Positions 57,533 to 64,000 of a stretch of DNA of 64,000 bases are shown piece after piece. The DNA comes from an uncultured Gammaproteobacteria bacterium. GTDB taxonomy: Bacteria; Patescibacteriota; Microgenomatia; JAUYPR01. The notes under the pieces were generated by a model. The model ran no database searches. It was given only the letters and a program-made list of their open reading frames with translations, and was not told the origin of the DNA. The position numbers and the translations under genes were made by a program. Position 1 is the stretch's first letter. The number at the start of each line of letters is the position of its first letter. Location of the stretch: contig CAYJQU010000003.1 in NCBI GenBank assembly GCA_964372495.1, forward strand, positions 79,042-143,041. The letters run 5' to 3'.

Positions 57533-58606
57533 ATGGTTGTTGGCATAGAGAAACTACTGGAGTTTGTGGTTGCAAAGGAAGCCTCCGACCTCCATCTGCT
57601 TGTCGGCTCTCATCCCTATGTGCGGCTGGATGGGGCATTAAAGCCAATCACTGACGTGCCAGTGCTGGGACCGCAAGAGCTCGAAAAGCTTGTATTTGAG
57701 ATCGTAACTGCCGAGCAGAAGGATTTGCTGCTTGCCAATAAGGAAATTGACTTTTCCTTCTCCTGGGGCGAGCATGCGCGCTTTCGGGTAAATGCGTACT
57801 ATCAGCGGGGGTACTTGGCTGCGGCGTTGCGTTTGATACCGCGCCGTATCCGCACGATTGAGGAACTGGGAATTTCTTCGGCACTGCACGCGCTTACCCA
57901 GCTCAAGCAAGGATTTGTCTTGGTCACTGGTCCCACTGGCCATGGCAAATCGACCACCCTTGCCGCGATGATTCAAGAAATTAATGCGCACCGCGCTGAG
58001 CATATTCTGACCATTGAAGATCCGGTCGAATACATATATCCACCCGGCAAGTCCATCATTTCCCAGCGAGAGATGCATCTGGACACTCACTCTTGGGATA
58101 TAGCACTTCGGTCTGCGTTGCGCGAGGATCCAAACGTGGTTTTGGTGGGAGAGATGCGAGATTATGAAACCATAAGCAGCGCTATTACTATTGCCGAGAC
58201 CGGTCATCTGACCTTTGCCACCCTCCATACTAATAGTGCGGCGCAGACCATCGACCGCGTCATCGATGTATTTCCTGAGCACCAGCAGGCGCAAATTCGC
58301 ATGCAACTCTCAAACGCCCTCGAGGCAGTTATCTCGCAACGGTTACTGCCGGCGGTCAACGGCGGGCGCGTGGCGATACTGGAGCTTCTCATCGCAACGC
58401 CGGCAGTTCGCACGGTCATTCGCGAAGGAAAGACACATCTGATCGACAATATTATCCAAACGTCCATGGAGATGGGTATGACATCTCTGGAGATGTCGCT
58501 GGCGCGCGCGGTACATGAGGGTAAGCTTTCTGAGGAGATTGCCATGCAGTACGCGATAAAGCCAGAAGAGCTATCACGCCAGCTCGGCCATCGGTCCAAG
58601 GCATGA
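57533..58606 (+). CDS. pilT: twitching motility ATPase PilT
   Basis: ASDLHL; GPTGHGKSTTLAAMI Walker A; 357 aa. Confidence 0.85.
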   Translation: MVVGIEKLLEFVVAKEASDLHLLVGSHPYVRLDGALKPITDVPVLGPQELEKLVFEIVTAEQKDLLLANKEIDFSFSWGEHARFRVNAYYQRGYLAAALRLIPRRIRTIEELGISSALHALTQLKQGFVLVTGPTGHGKSTTLAAMIQEINAHRAEHILTIEDPVEYIYPPGKSIISQREMHLDTHSWDIALRSALREDPNVVLVGEMRDYETISSAITIAETGHLTFATLHTNSAAQTIDRVIDVFPEHQQAQIRMQLSNALEAVISQRLLPAVNGGRVAILELLIATPAVRTVIREGKTHLIDNIIQTSMEMGMTSLEMSLARAVHEGKLSEEIAMQYAIKPEELSRQLGHRSKA

Positions 58607-59811
58607 ACATATACCAGTACTTCGCACGCGATGAACAGGGGCGTCCACGCAAGGGTGAGATAGAATCTCCAGATGAGCACGGTGTCATTTTGACGCTACG
58701 CGCTAATGGCCTGTACCCCATTCGCATTAGAGAAAAAGGACCAGAAAATGTCTTCCTTGCCCGCCTTAAGTCATTTCAATTATTCGGCGGCAACGATGTG
58801 GTGGTATTCACACGCCAGCTTTCCACGATGGTTGCCGCAGGACTCTCGCTGACCTCAGCACTCGACATTTTACGGGAGCAGATACCGGGCTCGATCCTGA
58901 AGGAGGCACTGACAGGGATTGTACGGGACATTGAGGGAGGTACCAGCTTCGCGGCTGCTTTGGAGCGGCATCCGCGCACGTTTAGCAGCGTATACGTGTC
59001 GCTTGTGCGGGCTGGAGAGGCAGCAGGGGTACTGGATAATGTGCTTTTGCGACTTGCCGACAACCTTGAAAAAGATCGGGAATTTAAGGCGAAGACGCGC
59101 GGCGCTTTGGTGTATCCGACCATTATCATCATTACGATGATTATTGTGGTCACGATTATGATGTTATTTGTCGTACCACGACTTACTGGGCTCTATCGAG
59201 AGCTTGGCACAGACTTGCCACTACCCACCAGGATCATGATCGGGGTCTCGGATTTTGCGGTCCACTGGTGGTGGCTGGTCATTATCTTGGCTATCGGGGG
59301 TGCCATTATGCTGAGGCGATGGTCTCTTACACCTGCTGGCAACCGCATTGTTGATCGTATAGTTCTCAAAATCCCGGTGTGGGGTTCTATTCAACGACAC
59401 GTGATCCTCTCGGAGATCATTCGCACGCTGTCGCTTCTTATTGGGGCTGGCATTCCCATTATTGAAGCGCTGCAGATTGTGGCTAGAGCCTCTGGCAATA
59501 CACTCTTTTCTGACTCCATTCTTGCAGCGGCACAGCAAGTAGAGCGTGGCTATTCTTTGTCACAGCCTTTGGCAAGCGATCCAGTGTTCCCGCCAATCGT
59601 GCACCAGATGGTGCGTACTGGCGAGTCGACCGGTAAGCTGGATGAGATTTTGATGAAGCTTGCAGGGTACTTTGAGGGAGAAGCAGAACACGAGATTAAG
59701 GGGTTGACAGTCGCTATAGAGCCGATTATCATGATAATATTGGGGGTGGGCGTGGCGTTCTTAGTAATGTCCATTATACTCCCGATTTATAAGTTAACTA
59801 GTTCGTTCTAA
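58603..59811 (+). CDS. pilC: type IV pilus inner-membrane platform protein PilC (GspF family)
   Basis: two T2SS-F repeats; 402 aa; 4-nt overlap with pilT. Confidence 0.8.
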   Translation: MNIYQYFARDEQGRPRKGEIESPDEHGVILTLRANGLYPIRIREKGPENVFLARLKSFQLFGGNDVVVFTRQLSTMVAAGLSLTSALDILREQIPGSILKEALTGIVRDIEGGTSFAAALERHPRTFSSVYVSLVRAGEAAGVLDNVLLRLADNLEKDREFKAKTRGALVYPTIIIITMIIVVTIMMLFVVPRLTGLYRELGTDLPLPTRIMIGVSDFAVHWWWLVIILAIGGAIMLRRWSLTPAGNRIVDRIVLKIPVWGSIQRHVILSEIIRTLSLLIGAGIPIIEALQIVARASGNTLFSDSILAAAQQVERGYSLSQPLASDPVFPPIVHQMVRTGESTGKLDEILMKLAGYFEGEAEHEIKGLTVAIEPIIMIILGVGVAFLVMSIILPIYKLTSSF

Positions 59812-59908
59812 ATGTATTTACCTGCCCGTTCTTCAAACACTGTCGTACCACACCCTCTTTCTTCAGGGTATCTTTGCCTGCATATATACGATTTTCTGGA
59901 GGAAGGGG

Positions 59909-60406
59909 GTGATAAGAACGGTTATGTACAAGCAAAAGGGGTTTACCTTAGTTGAACTCCTGGTCGTGGTTGCCATTATCGCGATACTTGCTGCGGTTGT
60001 AGCTATTGCCGTCAACCCGTTTGAGATTGCCAAGAAAACAAGAGATACCACGCGTCTAAAGGATCTCAGTACGGTTCGAGACGCGATCAATCTGCTCGTC
60101 GCACAATCGGCAACTCGCTCGGCGGACACGATCTTCAAGGATTCCATTGCTCACGATTCTAAGACTGGTGCCACTTCGTGTGACGGGACAGGATGGGTAG
60201 TGGTTGATTTGTGCCAGAATTTGGCAGCGCTCCCGCGTGATCCGATCAATGACGACACCTATAAGTATGAGTTTAGGCACGACAATGGTCAGTTTGAGGT
60301 GCGTGCCAAACTGGAGAGTGACGAGATGCGCTCGCAGCGATACACCGCGGATGGTGGAGATGACCAGGAGCATTACGAGGTGGGAACGAGGTTGACGATT
60401 CTGTAG
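59909..60406 (+). CDS. type IV pilin-like protein
   Basis: KGFTLVELLVVVAIIAILAAVVAIA prepilin motif (probable start at MYKQKG, 59924); paralogue of 61303-61842 (GDDQEHYEVGTRLTIL vs GDDPEHFELGNNLTLL). Confidence 0.65.
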   Translation: MIRTVMYKQKGFTLVELLVVVAIIAILAAVVAIAVNPFEIAKKTRDTTRLKDLSTVRDAINLLVAQSATRSADTIFKDSIAHDSKTGATSCDGTGWVVVDLCQNLAALPRDPINDDTYKYEFRHDNGQFEVRAKLESDEMRSQRYTADGGDDQEHYEVGTRLTIL

Positions 60407-60413
60407 GGTATGT

Positions 60414-61292
60414 ATGGTGCTGGTATTGGTTGGGTTGTTCGTCTTAGGCTTGGTGATGGGAAGTTTTGCAAGCGTGCTAGCTGCGCGCTTGCCCGAAGGA
60501 AAGTCTTGGCGAGTGACAAGGTCGGCATGCCCACAGTGCGGTCGTACACTTGCGGCAGCTGACCTTGTTCCTATCGTAAGCTTTGCACTTTTACAAGGGA
60601 AGTGTCGCTACTGTAAAAAGGCGATTAGTTTGCAGTACCCGCTCCTAGAACTGGGTATGGCGGCAGCGTTTGTGGGGATTGGTTTCCTACTATGGCCATC
60701 ACTGCATATGGGCGCATGGCTTTCAGCCCTGGCTCTTGTTTGGGTGCTGGTACTTGTTTTTATCACCATAGTTCTTGTGGTTACCGATCTTAGCCACTCT
60801 CTGCTGCCTGACGGACTGATATTTGCCGGTATTTGGGCTACGTTGCTGTATAAAGTAGTCACTATTGTTGGCAGCCACACAGCACTGCGAGCACAGCTCC
60901 ATGGAGAGATTTCAGGGTTCGGCGCTGCGCTTTTCGAGAGTGGTTTTCTGCAAGGTCGTCTTAATAGTCAGATTGCAGAAAATTCGTGGGCCGTGGTTGG
61001 TGCACTCCTGGCTGCACTGGTTTTTTGTATCCTCATTGCAGTAACTCGCGGCAAAGGTATGGGCCTTGGAGACGTGAAGCTCGTATTCCTCATTGGAATT
61101 GTCGTTGGATGGCCGCAGCTACTAATAGCCCTGTTTATTGCATTTGTAACCGGTGCCGCGGTGGCGATCGTACTGGTAGTAAGTCACGTTCGCACCTTTG
61201 GTCAGACAATACCATTTGGACCTTTCTTGCTTGCCGGAGGCGTCATTTCCTTTGTATATGGGAGCCAACTGCTAGAGATCATTGGTTACTAA
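60414..61292 (+). CDS. pilD: prepilin peptidase (A24 family)
   Basis: N-terminal CPQCG...CRYCKK zinc-binding; 8 TM; conserved Asp-containing loops (GMGLGDVKL). Confidence 0.8.
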   Translation: MVLVLVGLFVLGLVMGSFASVLAARLPEGKSWRVTRSACPQCGRTLAAADLVPIVSFALLQGKCRYCKKAISLQYPLLELGMAAAFVGIGFLLWPSLHMGAWLSALALVWVLVLVFITIVLVVTDLSHSLLPDGLIFAGIWATLLYKVVTIVGSHTALRAQLHGEISGFGAALFESGFLQGRLNSQIAENSWAVVGALLAALVFCILIAVTRGKGMGLGDVKLVFLIGIVVGWPQLLIALFIAFVTGAAVAIVLVVSHVRTFGQTIPFGPFLLAGGVISFVYGSQLLEIIGY

Positions 61293-61302
61293 AGAGATAT
61301 AT

Positions 61303-61842
61303 ATGAAAGATCAGCCAACATTGAAAGGGCATGCCCCTAGCGGAGCCATGACGTCACGTCGGGGCGAGGTGGGGTTCACTTTAATTGAGCTGCTTATAGT
61401 GCTTCTCATTCTGGCATCTCTTGCAGTGCTTGTGGCACTTGCGATTAATCCAGCGGAGGCTATCAAGCGCACTAGAGATGCCAAACGTATACAGGAGCTG
61501 TCCAATTTGCGCAGCTCTATTGAGATTGCACTGAGCTCAACCCAGAAGCCGGCGGAGGAACTTTTTTTGGGCGCGTATGGGAGCTCAACGGACGAAGGGG
61601 CTCAGAGCACCGACGGCACCGGGTGGGTGAAAATTGATCTTTCCCGCAATCTACCGGCGCTCCCTATCGATCAAGTGCAAACCGGTGATCCGTCGTACCG
61701 ATTTGAGTTTAAACAATCGGGTGGCAAGTATGAAATCCGCGTGCGGCTAGAGAGCGCCGAAAAACGTGAGCAGACAGGCGAAATCGATGGCGGCGATGAT
61801 CCGGAGCATTTTGAGCTGGGCAATAACCTAACGCTCCTATGA
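61303..61842 (+). CDS. type IV pilin-like protein
   Basis: GFTLIELLIVLLILASLAVLVALA prepilin motif; paralogue of 59909-60406. Confidence 0.65.
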   Translation: MKDQPTLKGHAPSGAMTSRRGEVGFTLIELLIVLLILASLAVLVALAINPAEAIKRTRDAKRIQELSNLRSSIEIALSSTQKPAEELFLGAYGSSTDEGAQSTDGTGWVKIDLSRNLPALPIDQVQTGDPSYRFEFKQSGGKYEIRVRLESAEKREQTGEIDGGDDPEHFELGNNLTLL

Positions 61843-62282
61843 GGAGCGGCTTTTCGCTCGTTGAGCTCCTGGTCGTGATAGCTATCATTGCAATACTTTC
61901 AGGAGCCGCGGTGATGATTTTTACCTCTGCGTTACCCCGTGCGAGAGATAGTCAGCGACGCTCGGACATAGATGCGATTGCCAAAGCGATCGAGAGTAGT
62001 ACGTATGAGAGTATCACTGGGACGTACGCCGCGACGACAGCATCCCCCAGTGCGAGTTGGTTTGCTGGCGGTAGGATGCCTCGACAGAGCGATGGGAATA
62101 ACTATACGATTGTGTGGATGAGTGCTGCCGGCAGCCCGGTGGCTGCAGGTGTTGGGGTAACTGCAGCCAAGTGGCGAGTCTGTGCACAACTTGAAACGGG
62201 TTCCGGCAACGCGGCCGACGCAAATGGGACACCGGCTGCTGGAAACAACGGGCTGTATCACTGTGGGTACAGCGCTCAGTAG
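61839..62282 (+). CDS. type IV pilin-like protein
   Basis: MRSGFSLVELLVVIAIIAILSGAAV; C-terminal CAQLE...C D-region. Confidence 0.65.
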   Translation: MRSGFSLVELLVVIAIIAILSGAAVMIFTSALPRARDSQRRSDIDAIAKAIESSTYESITGTYAATTASPSASWFAGGRMPRQSDGNNYTIVWMSAAGSPVAAGVGVTAAKWRVCAQLETGSGNAADANGTPAAGNNGLYHCGYSAQ

Positions 62283-62285
62283 AAT

Positions 62286-62687
62286 ATGAAAAAAGAGCGT
62301 GGGTTTACACTCATAGAATTATTGGCGGTTATTTTGATCATCGCCCTACTTTCTGCAATCGGGATGGCCGTATATGCCGGGGCGCAAAAGAGAGCGCGCG
62401 ATGCCCGCCGCCGGGCCGATATCCAGGCTATTGCCGACGCCTTTGAACAGTACAATATCAACACGGGCGAATATCCTGTATCGGTTTCAACCCCGACGCA
62501 GTATTATGTCAATGCTCAAGTACCAAAAGACCCGAAATCGACAGTAGGCGGTGCGTGTCCTGCAACTGCACCGTTTTATTGCTACGCTTGCAATCAAAAT
62601 GGGAGCTCGTGCACGACATCTGGGTTCACTCTATGTGCAGTGCTTGAGCAGGACGGTTCAACCTTTTGCAAAGGGAATCGTCAGTAA
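62286..62687 (+). CDS. type IV pilin-like protein
   Basis: MKKERGFTLIELLAVILIIALLSAIG; C-terminal CxxC...CAVLEQ. Confidence 0.65.
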   Translation: MKKERGFTLIELLAVILIIALLSAIGMAVYAGAQKRARDARRRADIQAIADAFEQYNINTGEYPVSVSTPTQYYVNAQVPKDPKSTVGGACPATAPFYCYACNQNGSSCTTSGFTLCAVLEQDGSTFCKGNRQ

Positions 62688-62696
62688 GAAAGGGAG

Positions 62697-63185
62697 GTGA
62701 ATATGAAAAGAAAAAGGCTTGCCCTGAGCGCGGTTGAAGGATTTACCCTTATTGAGTTGATGATTGCGATTGCCATTATTGCGGTCTTGGTTGTCATTGG
62801 TATGGCAGTATATGCAGAAGTACAGAAGAAGAGTCGAGATGCACGGCGGGTTGCGGATGTTCGTGCTATCCAAAATGCTGCTGAGGCGTATTATAGCGAG
62901 AAAGGATATTATCCGGCAGCAAAGGATAATGTAAAGACCTATCTTGAGTCCCGTCTTTTTCCCACTGATCCCAAAACTGGCAACGAGGAGTACCAATACT
63001 CAGCAACAGATGGTACCTTACAGGATGACGGCACCTGCAGTGGAGTCCCCGCTGCGGTTACTAATGCCAAATGTTACGTAGCGTGCGCAAAACTTGAACA
63101 AGTTGATAAAGGCAATTCATCAACTAATAATGGCACTGCTGCTACAATAAACAGGACACATTTCTGTGGCCGTGCACGCCAGTGA
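62697..63185 (+). CDS. type IV pilin-like protein
   Basis: EGFTLIELMIAIAIIAVLVVIG; C-terminal CYVACAKLEQ. Confidence 0.65.
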   Translation: MNMKRKRLALSAVEGFTLIELMIAIAIIAVLVVIGMAVYAEVQKKSRDARRVADVRAIQNAAEAYYSEKGYYPAAKDNVKTYLESRLFPTDPKTGNEEYQYSATDGTLQDDGTCSGVPAAVTNAKCYVACAKLEQVDKGNSSTNNGTAATINRTHFCGRARQ

Positions 63186-63688
63186 AAGCAATAAGAAATG
63201 GCTTTACCCTTATTGAACTGCTAGTTGTGGTGACGATTATTGCGGTGCTGGCAGCTATCGGACTTGCGACCTATACGCAGGCGCAGAAAATCGCGCGTGA
63301 CAGCCGTCGTATGGCGGATATTAAGGCGGTTCAGAGTGCTGCAGAAATTTACAAAACGCAAATAGGCAGTTATCCGAAAGATGCTGCGGTGCTTGCGGGG
63401 CGAATGGAAGGAGGAGTTTTTCCAACCGACCCTAAATCGGGCTCTGCATATGACTATCGGGCAAACAAGTACACATTAAACTCCCGCCAAGCATGTCTCC
63501 CTGAAGGTAGAATCACCTATACAATCGATGCAGGATACGGTTGCGAAACTGACGGCCTCTGTACGTGTTATACGGTTTGTGCGGTACTTGAGCAACAAGG
63601 GAAGGGTAACGCAATTACAACATATGGATCGACACCTGGGGATAGCGGCGTTTCACCTAACCTGTACTGTGCAGGAGCCAAACAGTAA
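63182..63688 (+). CDS. type IV pilin-like protein
   Basis: NGFTLIELLVVVTIIAVLAAIG; C-terminal CTCYTVCAVLEQ. Confidence 0.65.
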   Translation: MKAIRNGFTLIELLVVVTIIAVLAAIGLATYTQAQKIARDSRRMADIKAVQSAAEIYKTQIGSYPKDAAVLAGRMEGGVFPTDPKSGSAYDYRANKYTLNSRQACLPEGRITYTIDAGYGCETDGLCTCYTVCAVLEQQGKGNAITTYGSTPGDSGVSPNLYCAGAKQ

Positions 63689-63691
63689 CGT

Positions 63692-64000
63692 ATGCGAGGG
63701 TACACGCTTATAGAACTCCTTGTTGTCATCACGATCATAGCTATCGTGGTGGCGATTGGCGTGGCGACCTTTAGCTATGCCCAGAAAGTAAGCCGGGACG
63801 GGCGGCGCATTGCTGATGTACGTAGCATCGAAGCAGCGTTAGAACTCTACTACACAAAAAATAGAATATATCCTACTGCTATTGCTACTGGCTGGACTAA
63901 CTCCTCAGCACAGCCGGGAACCTGGATTAACCAAGCACTCACAGGATACGAGGCATTTACTCCCACATACATGCGTGCTGTCCCGAATGATCCGGTTAAT
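63692..64000 (+). CDS. type IV pilin-like protein, 5' part only (runs off the window end)
   Basis: ATG at 63692; MRGYTLIELLVVITIIAIVVAIG prepilin motif; open to position 64000. Confidence 0.6.
   Translation, partial: MRGYTLIELLVVITIIAIVVAIGVATFSYAQKVSRDGRRIADVRSIEAALELYYTKNRIYPTAIATGWTNSSAQPGTWINQALTGYEAFTPTYMRAVPNDPVN

Overview
The window reads as a gene-dense, mostly housekeeping chromosome segment with about 50% GC and the standard genetic code, since TGA ends rpsF and other genes. The content suggests a reduced-genome bacterium of the CPR/Patescibacteria type, for example Saccharibacteria-like; that is inference only. Recognisable genes on the plus strand include cysS, a GT-C-like membrane glycosyltransferase, an EndoQ-like PHP-domain nuclease, a CofE-like gamma-glutamyl ligase, ychF, rpsF-ssb-rpsR, ctpA and htrA. 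The minus strand carries prfA (RF1, PIT motif), rpmE, an EamA transporter and hisS. Further on are an MBL-fold hydrolase, dnaB, the complete minus-strand F-type ATPase operon atpBEFHAGDC, tRNA-Leu(CAA), tldD-pmbA-efp, lgt, a DksA/TraR-like protein, an RluA-type pseudouridine synthase, a CPA2 antiporter with an RCK domain, a beta-lactamase-like serine hydrolase, an LCP protein, yebC-ruvC, two tyrosine recombinases flanking pyrH, folD, gyrA and gyrB with a small secreted protein between them, and a delta-prime-like clamp-loader subunit. The 3' end holds a type IV pilus locus (pilB-pilT-pilC, a pilin, pilD) followed by a tandem array of at least six more pilin-like genes that runs off the window. 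Features not explained by housekeeping are: (1) a minus-strand operon upstream of and translationally coupled to hisS that encodes a 949-aa protein of unknown function, a GCS2/YbdK-family carboxylate-amine ligase and a 429-aa protein with a TldD-like HExCGH motif; (2) a perfect 26-bp palindrome in front of the EndoQ-like gene; (3) a low-GC islet between cofE-like and ychF with a truncated NYN-domain gene and a duplicated leaderless promoter-start module; (4) a translationally coupled pair of unknown genes between the ribosomal genes and the proteases; and (5) the pilin paralogue array plus a separate pilin beside a recombinase. No CRISPR array, rRNA or obvious transposase was seen.
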